The notes: generated by a model not told the origin, from the letters alone. Positions 1 through 11,650 are shown, counted from the first letter of the stretch. The stretch is 64,000 nt of DNA from Octopus sinensis (GCF_006345805.1 NC_042998.1:372001-436000); one strand, 5' to 3'. Program-made: numbers and translations.

Positions 1-45
1 AAACATTTAAAAGTTTTATAGCTTTAATTCAATAGATAAACTGAA

Positions 46-85
46 AGAGAGAGAGAGAAATGGACAGATAGATAAATGAATAGAT

Positions 86-121
<36 letters not shown>

Positions 122-545
122 GGGGTAGAATATGCGTATGAGTGAGAGAGTGTTAAAGAGAAACAGTATGTAAGAGAGAGAGAGAGAGAGGTGTGAAAAA
201 TTGTATATGAGTGTGTAAGTGAGAGACAGGGAGTGTGTGTGTGTGTGTAAGTATGAGAGATAGAGGGGGGGTGTATATGAGTATGAGTGTGTAAGAGAGA
301 ATGAGAGTGAAATATTGTATGTGTGTGTGTGAGCATGAGAGAGGGAGTGTGTGTGTGAGCATGAGAGAGGGAGTGTGTGTGTGCATGAGAGAGGGAGTGT
401 GTGTGTGTGTGTGTGTGCATGAGAGGTAGTGTATGTGTGTGTGTGTGCATGAGGGAGTGTGTGTCTGTGTGTGCACGAGAGAGGGAGTGTGTGTATGTGT
501 GTGTGTGAGAGGGAGTGTGTGTGTGTAAGAGAGAGAGAGAGAAAG
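46..545. repeat. Compound (GA)n/(GT)n microsatellite with degenerate GTGTGTGCATGAGAGAGGGA units
   Basis: Directly visible; it produces the His/Thr/Ser-rich artefact ORFs 16..666 and 153..626. Confidence 0.95.
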
Positions 546-1434
546 AGAGTGAGAGAGAGAGATCAGATATGAGAACTGTGCCCTCAAATGTAGATGAGTA
601 ATAGTAGTGACCCTGGGTTGCTTCATTTAAAAAAGATAACAATGCTCCAGACATAATCCAATACAAAACAGATAATCGATGATCACAAAGTTAGAAAACA
701 AAAACAAAGAAAGAACTAGCTCTGTATATTAACAAGGGTAATGGATAGGGTAACAGGAAATGTTTGGAATTATTCAAAAAGCATAATGTTTACAGAAGGT
801 TCGAATAAATAATTAAAAAGATGCAACAATGCAAATGTATGCAAAATAAGTTAGCTGCAAAATATGCATGTTGAACCATTAATAATGAATGGTGTGATGC
901 CAATGATGATGGTGATGATGAAGATGGAGATGGAGATGATACTGATGATAAAAGTTTTGGCTCTTTATCTAATTGATCACTAATTATTATAGTAATTAGG
1001 AAGATAATCTCCAACAACGAAAATTCAGAGACAATAACAGAGTATTTACTACTTTCAAATGGAAGACAACAAAACAAAAAAGATTAACTCAATACTTGGG
1101 ATTTTCCTATAAATAGAAAATTTGAATTGATATTCTATGCCTTTCTAAGGCTGATGACCATTATTTAAATGCCCACTTTTTTTTTTCATGCTTCAATGGG
1201 CCAAATGGAATTTGTTGAGGCAGATTTTCTACAGCTGGATGCCCCTCCTGTTGCCTACTCTCACCTGTTTTCAAGCAAGATAATAATACCCTGGATTGAG
1301 CAACAAGCACACTGGACATAGTTATGCAGTGAACTGGAAACAAACTCACTGAGTTTAAACAAGCCTTTTGTTAGCAGTCAGTAAACATGTGTGACAAGAG
1401 GAAATATGAACTTACACAAACACACACATACATA

Positions 1435-1470
<36 letters not shown>

Positions 1471-1627
1471 ATATATCATCATCATCATTATCATCATCAA
1501 TTTAATGTCAACTTTTCCATGCTTGTGCACGGGTTGGATGGATCTAGTCTTCAATAACAAAACAGACACAATTATCACTGATATCTATGAAACATTTCTG
1601 TATCCCAGACTCTCTAGCAATGGTAAA

Positions 1628-1885
1628 GAACCCCTTCGGTCATGAATGACCATGGGATTGCATCTAGGAAATTCCTGTCTGAGGCACAAGTTCAGGTAAG
1701 GTTGTTTGTGGAAGACCAGCAGTTGCCCACGCATACCGGCCTCCCTTCTCCATGCCACTGATGTTATCCAAGGGAAAGGCAAAGGGGCTGATACAGCTTG
1801 ATACTGCCTGGTCTGGGAATTGAATTCACTTCCTCATGATTGTGTGCCTGATGCTCTAACTACTGAACCACTCAATCCTCAAAGT
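1628..1885 (-). mobile_element. SINE family C copy (tRNA-like head; 3' part ...GGTCATTCATGACCGAAGGGG)
   Basis: Shares sequence with copies at 15175-15512, 24870-25210, 44905-45252 and 63250-63410. Confidence 0.8.
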
Positions 1886-2335
1886 CACTGCAGAGTCCAT
1901 GCTCCATCATCTCATAATCTTTTGTGGCTGTCCATTCATTTGTCCATCCATCCGTCCGTCCGTCCTTCCATCCATCAATCCATCCATTCATTCATTCTCA
2001 TTGCCCACTGTTTGTGGAAGGCTTGTAGGGGAGAGTCTTCAGGCACCTCCTCTATAAGGTCCCCTCTGAAGCAACCATCATTACACTTTCCTACCAGGTT
2101 CTCAATTACAACTAACAGAAACTATGAATATTATCCAACATCTCAATCTTGGCTTATCCCAAGGTCTCCCATTAGTTGGCTCAGCTTGAAAAAAGTCTTG
2201 TAATTCTTTCCTGCGACAATTCTAACCACATGCCTGTAGTACCAGAGTTGTGTCATCTCAAATAGGGACTTGACCTGGAGAGACTCCCAGATATCTGAGT
2301 TATGCACCTTGTTGAATAACGTTACTTTAGAGATT

Positions 2336-2557
2336 CTTTTACTGTTTCAGTTATTTAACTGTGGCCATGCTGGAGTACCACCTTAAAGGGTTTCTTTCAG
2401 TCGAAAAAATCAACCACAGGACTTATTCATTGTAGGCCTAGTACTTATTCTATTGGTCTCTTTTGCTAAACTAGTAAGTTATGCGGATGGAAACACACCA
2501 ACATTGGTTGTCAAGCGATGGTGTGAGGGACAAACACAGACACAAATACGCACACAC

Positions 2558-2633
<76 letters not shown>

Positions 2634-2810
2634 TTGTGTATATATATATACAGTGGGCTTCTTTCAGTTTTTGTCTACCAAATCTATTCACAAATCTTTG
2701 GTTGGCCTGAGGCTATAGTAGAAAACACCTGCCCAAGGTGCCATGCAGTGGAGCTGAGCCCAGAACCATGTGACTGGGAAGCAAGCTTCTCACCACACAG
2801 CCATGCCCTG
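2336..2810 (-). mobile_element. SINE family A copy with internal (TA)n/(TG)n
   Basis: Reverse complement of the family-A pattern (see 59405-59807). Confidence 0.9.
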
Positions 2811-3699
2811 CATCTAGAGATTCTTTAGAGGAATTCTATTTTGGTTGCATGCATTCATGATCTTACCCTCCTCGTCATTATCCACCATTCATGAGAATAG
2901 TTGAAGATAGGCAGAGAAACCAAACTGAAGACAGCAAGTTTGGCTTTTTTACAAACCTCTCCTTTTCTCAGGATCAAATGCTGATGTTTAATCATTACTG
3001 TGCCAGTCCCTGCAATTCTAGCATTCAATTCTTATATATATAACATTGCCAAAATTATCACAAGAGGAAAACAAAAATGATTGCTCTTAAGATCTAAGTA
3101 ATACTTAAGTTCTGATCAGTTGCTATCATTCTACAGTGGTGGTTGTGTTGTTACACACACAAGCTACTTACACAATATCCCAAAGGGGTATTCGATTGAT
3201 TAGTAAAGGTTCTCTCACCAATAGATATCAACCAGTGACTCCCAGATGCTGTGTTTTTTCTCTGTTCTTCCTCTATTACTATGACAACATTCTTGCCCCT
3301 TTTAACTAACTACTTGCTTATCCTCCCTCTTGACTTACTTGTACCATTAATTTTCTCTCTTCCTTTATCTTACCTTGCACACTTTAGACTAAGTGGTAGA
3401 TTTGATTGTTGCTCAGATAACAACATCACCACCCAGCCCTTACTTTTCCCCTCCCACAAGTCTTAGAGCTATAGAAAGGTTCTTGAGCAATTTACTTCTT
3501 GACCAAGTGAAAAAAAAACCCTTTTCCTTCCCTCAGCTGCAACATTCTATATATGGCTGAAGTGGGAAGACCGAAAATGGCTTGCAAGTCATAACATGCT
3601 AGCAGGAGAATAACATCACTAGGTGAGACAGGCTGACACTGAAGTAGCTTCACTGATTGACAGGTAATGGTCTCGTTTAGAGAATGTGTGGGCTAACAC

Positions 3700-4075
3700 T
3701 ACACGCCCTCCATTGGTCAGTTAAAGTTTAGACAGTGTCACGTGACAACTTGCTGGGGCTGCCTGCTGGAGCCTAACAGCGAGTATTTAAAGGGAAATTT
3801 GACATGACAGTCAGTTGCCCGCTGACACTCGTTGATGCTACATTGAAGAGGCCAGGGAACAGAAGAAAGAAGGAGAAAGAAGACGTACTCAACACCAGAG
3901 CTGAAGACACCTCCGAAACGGGGGTCCCTGCCATGTTAAAACAGTAGAGGAGTAGGGGCCGAAACCGGACGTGATTCCTCCTGATGATGTCTTGAGCTAA
4001 CTGGATCCTATAAAGGAGCTGTTGTGGTAGCAGACCATGAAACACGGTTGAAATTCCTCCAGTTCCTTCACTGCC
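3700..4075 (+). repeat. Dispersed ~360-bp repeat (possible solo LTR or pseudo-LTR)
   Basis: Homologous, in opposite orientation, to 23145-23485. Carries ATTGG and TATTTAAA motifs. Classification is inferred. Confidence 0.75.
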
Positions 4076-4284
4076 TACATTTTCTTCATTGATGTTTGAA
4101 CTGAGCATCAACTTCATAATCCTCACTAATTCAGGAGGGCCTGCAAAAGTTATTGGTAATAATCTCCTCCTCTAACAAATCCATGAGAAAATAGTTGATT
4201 GGAATTGCTGTTTAGCTCCTCTATTTTTCACTATGCTTCTACAAAAATGCATTTAAATGAAAGACTAAAATGGATTATCAATAC

Positions 4285-4735
4285 TGAGTGAGCAGCCATG
4301 CTACATGGCAGTGAAGCATGGGCTGTGATCACTGAGGATATGTGTAAGCTTGAAAGAAATGAAGCTAGCATGCTTTGCTGGATATGCAATGTCAGAGGTC
4401 ATGTACAGCAGAGTGTGAGCATCTTAAGAGAAAAGTTGGGCATAAGAGGCATCAGATGTAGTGTGCAAGAGAGATGGCTGTGCTGGTATGGCCATGTGAT
4501 ATGTATGGACAAGGACAGCTGAGTAATGAAGTGCTGATCTCTAATTGTGGAAGGAACCTGTGGAAGAGGTAGACCCAGGAAGACATGGGATGTGGTGGTG
4601 AAGCATGATCTTTGAATGTTGGGTCTCATGCAAGTGATGACAAGTGAGCAAAACTTTTGGTGATATGCTGTGCTTGAGAAAACTCATCAAGCCAAGTGAA
4701 ATTGTAGTTGTGGCCAATATCAGTGTCACTCTTGG
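4285..4735 (+). mobile_element. Decayed RTE-clade LINE, RT C-terminal fragment
   Basis: ORF 4298..4522 (MLHGSEAW...LERNEASML...LREKLGIRGI...WYGHV) matches the pattern of 32530-32850 and 41300-41620. Confidence 0.8.
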
Positions 4736-4816
4736 ATTTCTAACGGAAAACTGTTTTACGACATAATTCCTTGTAGTTCAGCATTATGGTCTACATAGTT
4801 TCCTGTACTAAAAGGT

Positions 4817-5260
4817 TGGCATCCTTTTTGTCTCGTGAGACAATGGAGTTGCGCATAAAATAATCTAGTCTGGCTTTTACATTTCATGTCCTAATACATT
4901 TCCTGCTTTGGCTGTGTAGTCCTATCCTGGACAAACAATCCCTTTGGCAGGTGCTGCAAATGTAGCAAAGACTTTGCCTGGCTGGTTGTAATGTCATAGT
5001 TTCTTGTTGACATCTTTTCTTGTCTTTCCATTTCTCCTCTCTCTCTATGTCACTCCCTTGTGTTCCCTCTTTTACGGTATGATGAAAATCTCCATGGTTG
5101 CTGGCAACTGCTTCCCAGTTGCTAATATTGATGTTGCAGGCCTTCATGTCCCTTTTGCAAACATCCTTGTATCGTACGAACGGTCTTCCCACAGACCTAG
5201 TGCCCTTAGCAAGCTCTCCGTAGAGTATGTCCTTGGGGATTCTGCCATCTTCCATACGGA
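4817..5260 (-). mobile_element. 5'-truncated RTE/BovB-like LINE 3' end flanked by a 42-bp direct repeat
   Basis: ORF 4884..5270 (RMEDGRIPKDILYGEL..G.R..GRP..RYKDVCKRDMK...C..CQRDCLSRIGLHS) is a typical RTE C-terminus. Direct repeats at 4775-4816 and 5261-5302. Confidence 0.9.
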
Positions 5261-5972
5261 AGTTCAGCATGATGGTCTACATAGTTTCCTGTACTAAAAG
5301 GTAGAAATAAGTTAAATGAATAGCTAAGATAATGCACAAACAGTTTACAGTTTCTGAATTCATACACAGAGCAGGTATGCTTTTCTGTCTTTGGTAAGAA
5401 TAGTTAATTCTATGTACTTCATTTCATTTTATTGTCAAGAACAAGTATCACCAGATCTTCAGCTACTGACAAAATTTCACAAGATAAAATTACATTGCAG
5501 TTTAAATCAGTATTCTTGCCAAGAGAAAATTTTATTTCTCATCCACTAAAAATCATAAATATGATACTGATTCTGTAGATCAAGAGAAAAATAAACAAAG
5601 CAACAGAAACACACACATATAAGGGTCTGTCTGTCTGCCTGTCTCTCTATATATGTGCATATGTATGTTATTATAAATGACAAGGTAATAAGAAATTATG
5701 TAATGAATTTCATTAAATTACAGCTGTTTTTGCTATGTAATGCTATGCACTCATGGCTGAGTGGTTGTGTATTACCTGATAGCTTCATTGAAGCTTCAAA
5801 ACTAAGTGCAATTTCACTTGAGAAAGCATTTATATAAATGGAAAAGATCTCCATTGAAGTATATATATATATATACTACTAATATAGGATGAAGGTTTTT
5901 TTCTACAGAAAGAAAATTTCATCAAAAAATGTGACAGCATATTAAAATACCTTTACAGTTAAAATTATAAAC

Positions 5973-6111
5973 AACTTATAAGTAAGGGCTAAAGAAAATT
6001 ATTTCAATGCCAATATGCTGATAAATAATATGTGGAAATTGATGATTTAATAGTCTGTTATCAGCATATTGGCATTGAAATAATTTTCTTTAGCCCTTAC
6101 TTATAAGTTAT
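5973..6111. repeat. Perfect 52-bp inverted repeat with a 35-nt spacer
   Basis: 5973-6024 is the exact reverse complement of 6060-6111 (checked base by base). Confidence 0.97.
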
Positions 6112-6139
6112 ATATATACATATATATATATATATTACG

Positions 6140-6406
6140 TGGGTGTGTCTATCGCCTTACTGGCACCTGTGCCGGTGGCATGTGTAAAAGATTCGAGCGA
6201 GGTCGTTGCCAGAACCGCCTGACTGGCACGTAAAAGCACCCACTACACTCTCGGAGTCATCGGCATTAGGAAGGGCATCCAGCTGTAGAAACGCTGCCAG
6301 ATCAAGATTGAAGCCTGGTGCAGCCATCTGGTTCACCAGCCCTCAGTCATTCATCCAACCCATGCTAGCATGGAAAGCGGACGTTAAACGATGATGATGA
6401 TGATGA
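6140..6406 (+). mobile_element. (GAT)n-tailed RTE-3'UTR-derived element (family D)
   Basis: Ends CCAACCCATGCTAGCATGGAAAGCGGACGTTAAACGATGATGAT. The same end is seen at ~15610, 31730, 33480, 34800 and 42420. Confidence 0.85.
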
Positions 6407-7062
6407 TATATATATATACACACGCACATATATATATGTGTGTATATGTATATATATATATAAGTGTGTGTGTGTGTGAATAAAGAGCCAGTGTGAAGAG
6501 AAGTAATGTTGAGTTATCTCTCCAGTTACATTAGTGCAATACACTGAAAAACTAAATATTTTGATTAATACCTTAAATAAACTTGTATATACACTATTAA
6601 CCACGTTTGTTTAGGAATCATTTCAAAAGTTACAAATACATGGAGAATAATAAACACACATATATTCTCTCACAGAACAAGCTTAGTGAAAATTACACCA
6701 ATATGGCATCAGGCACATATACAGGGAGAGGGAGAGAGAGAAAGTGAGAAAGAGAGACTATGAATGAGAAAGAGAGAGAGAGGGGACTAGGTGAGAGAGA
6801 AAGTAAATTCAACCATTGATAGAGTTTCATAAGATAAATTACTTTTTGTTTCAGTTTTAAATCTTATCTGAGATGAGAGCATTTAATTTCATGCTTTGTT
6901 GCAGAAGATAAAACGTTCTTCAAAAGTAGCACTTATCTGTTTTCTAACCACTTAATGCAGATCATTTTAACATAAATAATACCAATTTACAAGTTAACGT
7001 TAATCTTTCTGACTTGACTTTAAAAGTTTCTGAAGAAATGAATAAAAACAAAAATTAATAAC

Positions 7063-7104
<42 letters not shown>

Positions 7105-7110
<6 letters not shown>

Positions 7111-7330
7111 AAGAAGAATTCCATCTATTATAGGGACAAGATCTGAAATTTTTGGAGGTGGGGGCTGTTCAATTACATCGACCCTAGAACCCAACCGGTA
7201 CTTAATTTACCAATCCTGAAAAGATGAAGTGCAAAGCTGACCTCAACGAAATTTGAACTCAGAATGTAAGAACTGACAAAATGCTGCTTAGCATTTTGCC
7301 CAGAGTGCTATTGATTCTGCCAGATCACCA
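7105..7330 (-). mobile_element. SINE family B copy with (ATT)n tail (= (AAT)n at 7055-7105 on +)
   Basis: Reverse complement of the pattern ...GGCAGAA..GTTAGCAC...GAGTTCAAATT...CTTTCATCCTTT...AAGTACCAG. Confidence 0.85.
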
Positions 7331-7391
7331 CAATAATGAGGATGATAATAATAATAATGATAATAATAATAATGATAATAATAATAATAAT

Positions 7392-8398
7392 ATTGTTGCA
7401 AAGAAGGTGAAAATTATGGCAATGAAAAAAGCGCACGAGCAATTGGCTGATAGGTGGGAGGAGAAACCTCTGCACGGCAAATATGTGACCCGCAGCAAAC
7501 AAGCTGATGTTGACCAGAAGCAAACCCATCAGTGGCTACGGAGCTCAGGGCTAAAAGCAGAGAGCGAAGGTTTCATCCTGGCTGCTCAAGACCAAAGCCT
7601 ATCAACCCGGAACTACCAGGCCAATGTGATGAAAAATGGAGCAGACCCAAAATGCCGATTCTGCAACGACATGATTGAAACAGTGGACCACCTAATCTCT
7701 GGATGTAAAGTCTTAGCACCAGTGGAGTATAAATTAAGACATGACAGAGTTGGCCAATATCTCCACTGGCTAATAAGTCGGCATTACAATATCAAAACTG
7801 CCGACAAGTGGTATAATCACCACCCTGAGGCTGTAACTGAAGGAGAAAATGTAACCATTCTGTGGGACTTTCCAGTACATACAGACCGAACCATCGAGGC
7901 CAATAAACCAGATATTGTTGTGAAAGACCAAAACAATAAAGTTTGCTTATTGATCGACATGAGCATCCCCTGTGATCATAATATCTCAGCGAAAGAGTTT
8001 GACAAGCTCAGAAAATATAAAGACCTACTCATTGAAATTGAGAAAATGTGGCAACTCAAGGCGGTTACAATACCAGTGATCGTAGGAGCACTAGGAATGA
8101 TCAAGAAGGGAACCGAAAATTATATGAGAATGATCCCTGGCTTACCATCCCTGCAAGAAGTGCAAAAGATTGTCTTAACTGGTACATCACACGTATTGAG
8201 AAGAGCATTGTCGATGTGAGAACTGTTGCTGCTCATGTATTTTAATTTAACTTTAAAAAAAAAAAAAAAAAAATGAACGAACTACTGAGTTTGGTTTAAT
8301 GGCCTACCAATATACTCTATGAGTTTCTTTGCCCTAGGAGTCGGGAAGACACCCGGCAAGAAATGGAAGAAAATTTGAAAGAAGAAAAAAAAAAACGT
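7392..8398 (+). mobile_element. 5'-truncated R4/Dong-type non-LTR retrotransposon (CCHC knuckle + RLE), copy 1
   Basis: RWEEKPLHG, QWLRSSGLKAESEGFILAAQDQ, CRFC..ETVDHLISGC, RHDRV, KPDIVV..LIDMSIP, KYKDL..IVGALG. (AAT)n on both flanks. Confidence 0.93.
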
Positions 8399-8405
8399 AA
8401 TAATG

Positions 8406-8448
<43 letters not shown>

Positions 8449-8449
<1 letters not shown>

Positions 8450-8662
8450 TCTTTCTACTGGAAGTACAAGGCCTCAAATTTGGGGGAAGGGATTGAGTTG
8501 ATTACATAAACCGCAGTGCGTAACTGGTACTTATTTAATTGACCCTAAAAGGATGAAAGGCAAAGCCAACCTTGGCGGAATTTGACCTCAGAAAGTGAAG
8601 ATAGATGAAATACTGCTAAACATTTTGCCTGGCGATCTAATGATTCTGCTAGCTTGCTGCCT
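8449..8662 (-). mobile_element. SINE family B copy between two (AAT)n tracts
   Basis: Same motifs as 7105-7330, but clearly diverged from it. Confidence 0.85.
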
Positions 8663-8723
8663 TAATAATAATAATAATAATTATAATAATAATAATAATA
8701 ATAATGATAATAATAATAATAAT

Positions 8724-9568
8724 AAAGCAGAGAGCGAAGGTTTCATCCTGGCTGCTCGAGATCAAAGCCTATTAACCCGGAACTACCAGACCAATGTGAT
8801 GAAAAATGGAGCAGACCCAAAATGCCGATTCTGCAACGACATGATTGAAACAGTGGACCACCTAATCTCTGGATGTAAAGTCTTAGCACCAGTGGAGTAT
8901 AAATTAAGACATGACAGAGTTGGCCAATATCTCCACTGGCTAATAAGTCGGCATTACAATATCAAAACTGCCGACAAGTGGTATAATCACCACCCTGAGG
9001 CTGTAACTGAAGGAGAAAATGTAACCATTCTGTGGGACTTTCCAGTACATACAGACCGAACCATCGAGGCCAATAAACCAGATATTGTTGTGAAAGACCA
9101 AAACAATAAAGTTTGCTTATTGATCGACATGAGCATCCCCTGTGATCATAATATCTCAGCGAAAGAGTTTGACAAGCTCAGAAAATATAAAGACCTACTC
9201 ATTGAAATTGAGAAAATGTGGCAACTCAAGGCGGTTACAATACCAGTGATCGTAGGAGCACTAGGAATGATCAAGAAGGGAACCGAAAATTATATGAGAA
9301 TGATCCCTGGCTTACCATCCCTGCAAGAAGTGCAAAAGATTGTCTTAACTGGTACATCACACGTATTGAGAAGAGCATTGTCGATGTGAGAACTGTTGCT
9401 GCTCATGTATTTTAATTTAACTTTAAAAAAAAATTTAAAAAAATAAAAATAAGCGAACTACTGAGTTTGGTTTAATGGCTTACCAATGTATACTATGAGT
9501 TTCTTTGCCCTAGGAGTCGGGAAGACACTCGGCAAGAAATGGAAGCAAATTTGAAAGAAGAAAAAAAA
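8724..9568 (+). mobile_element. 5'-truncated R4/Dong-type retrotransposon, copy 2 (same subfamily as copy 1)
   Basis: Starts AAAGCAGAGAGCGAAGG directly after (AAT)n. 8791-9433 is identical to 7621-8263. (AAT)n follows the 3' UTR. Confidence 0.93.
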
Positions 9569-10484
9569 TAACAATAATAATGATAATAATAATAATAATA
9601 ATAATAATAAGCCAATAATTTTGAAAGGAGGCAATGGGTAAATTTTACTGTCCCCAGGATATGATTGATACATAATTTTATTGACCCTGGATAGATGAAA
9701 AACAAAGCTGTCCTTGATAAGATTTGAACTTGAGAAGAATGTAAAGAGCTGGAATGAATACTGCAATGAATTTATTCCAATACTCTGATGATTCTATTAC
9801 TTCACTGAATAACAACAACAACAACAACAATAATTACACTTTACTTGTCAGAAGAACCCAAACATTTATGCAAGAAATGGCACAAAGGGGTTACAAGACT
9901 TGTGAGGAGGTATCTGTATGTGTGTATATATACGAATGAGAGGAGCCAAAACATCATAACATAGTAACCATTAAAAAGATGAAACAAACAACACACACAC
10001 ATGTATGTATGTAGCTGAGAAGTGGTTCCACACTTCTCAAAACCTTGGAATTATGGTGATGGAAGAGTGGCAATACGTGCAGATCTAACCAGTTGGAAGT
10101 GCACAGTAAGTTATAAATTTCATCTGTTACCTTTGCTTCAAACCAAGCAGATCTGCAGTTGGGACTGAATAGTCATCTGAGAGGTCATGGACAGAAAGCT
10201 AGAAATGTCATTGATTTAATGTAGATATGCTGTAGAAAGCCACAAATCTATTGTATTTGTCTTGAGAAAGCATCTCTTGTAGATGTATAGTGCTAAAAAA
10301 GAACAGACGTATAATAGTAGAATTGCTAAATTTACATTTCTACTTCTTTGAGCATCATCAGTAGCTAGTATCCACTAGTGACTGCATACTGAGACAAATT
10401 TAGCCTCCATTAGTACAGAAAAATAGAGATTTACAAAACCACTGGTTTCACAAATTGCTGGCAGGCTGGATGTTTTTTGTTCCT

Positions 10485-10778
10485 TCTCGAGCCATACCTG
10501 GCTCATAAGGGCTGGTTTCCCAGTTTCTTGGCGTATAGGTTCCCCACCTGGATGGGACGCTGGTCCATTGCAGGTGAGCTGCAAGATGCAGGAGGAAAGA
10601 GTGAGAGAAAGTTGTGGTGAAAAAGTCAGCAGAAGTTTCGCCATTACATTCTGCTGGAGCCGCGTGGAGCTTAGGTGTTTCGCTCATTAACACACACATC
10701 ATCCGGTCTGAGATTCGAACCCGCGATCCCTTGACCGCGAGTCTGCTGCTCTAACCACTAGGCCATGAGCCTCCACAG
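10485..10778 (-). mobile_element. SINE family C variant
   Basis: tRNA-like head on the minus strand (GTGGAGGCTCATGGCCTAGTGGTTAGAGCAGC...GGTTCGAATC). Confidence 0.85.
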
Positions 10779-11029
10779 GCTGGATAAAAATTTGTTATCA
10801 GTGACCAAAGAAGTATTAGTTCATAAAAACTTTCTGATTAACTTAATGTGGATATAAGAAAGACATAAAACTGCAGTATTTATCATGAGACAATATCACA
10901 TATAGCATAGAGTTATAGTATCAACAGCAGGCAAAAAGCATCTAGTAGTGGTAGAAGATTTGCTAAATATAGGCTTCTGCTTCTCTGAGCATCACCAGTA
11001 GTCAGTATTCACTGGAAAACACATCTTGT

Positions 11030-11650
11030 ATCTTTCACTTGTTTCAGTCATGCTGGGGCACTGCCTTGAAGAATTTTTGTTGAACTTATTGACCCCTGTA
11101 CTTATTATTATATGTAAAGCCTGGTACTTACTTTTATCAGTATCTCTTATCAAGCTGCTAAGTTATGAGGATGTAAATATACCAACACCGGTTGTCAAGT
11201 GGTGGTGGAGGACAAACACTCACACAAATACACAAACACACATAGACACACACATACACACACATGATGGGCTTCTTTTAGTTTCTTATTTCTTTACTGC
11301 CCACAAGGGGCTACACACAGAGGGGACAAATAAGGACAGACAAATAGATTAAGTCGATTATATTGACCCCAGTGCGTAACTGGTGCTTATTTAATTGACC
11401 CTGAAAGGATGAAAGGCAAAGTCAATCTCAGCGGAATTTGAACTCAGAATGTAACGGCAGACAAAATACCACTAAGCATTTCACCCAGCGTGCTAACATT
11501 TCTGCCAGCTTGCCGCTTCTTTTAGTTTCTGACTACCAAATTCACTCACAAGGCTTTGGTCAGTTATAGTAGAAGATACTTGTTCAAGGTGCCATGCAGT
11601 GGGACTGAATACAGATCCATGAGGTTTGGATGCAATTTTCTTACCACAGA
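11030..11650 (-). mobile_element. SINE family A copy interrupted by a SINE B insertion
   Basis: The family-A halves lie on either side of 11287-11514. Confidence 0.8.
11287..11514 (-). mobile_element. SINE family B copy with a 16-bp TSD
   Basis: GCTTCTTTTAGTTTCT at 11271-11286 and 11515-11530. Confidence 0.9.

Noticed and set aside
16-666. Long His/Thr/Ser-rich ORFs
   Set aside because: They are translations of (CA)/(CT) microsatellite, which is stop-free by composition.
7281-8219. 312-aa and 264-aa ORFs (also 8595..9389) as host genes
   Set aside because: They are chimeras of antisense SINE, (AAT)n and a truncated Dong element; treated under findings.
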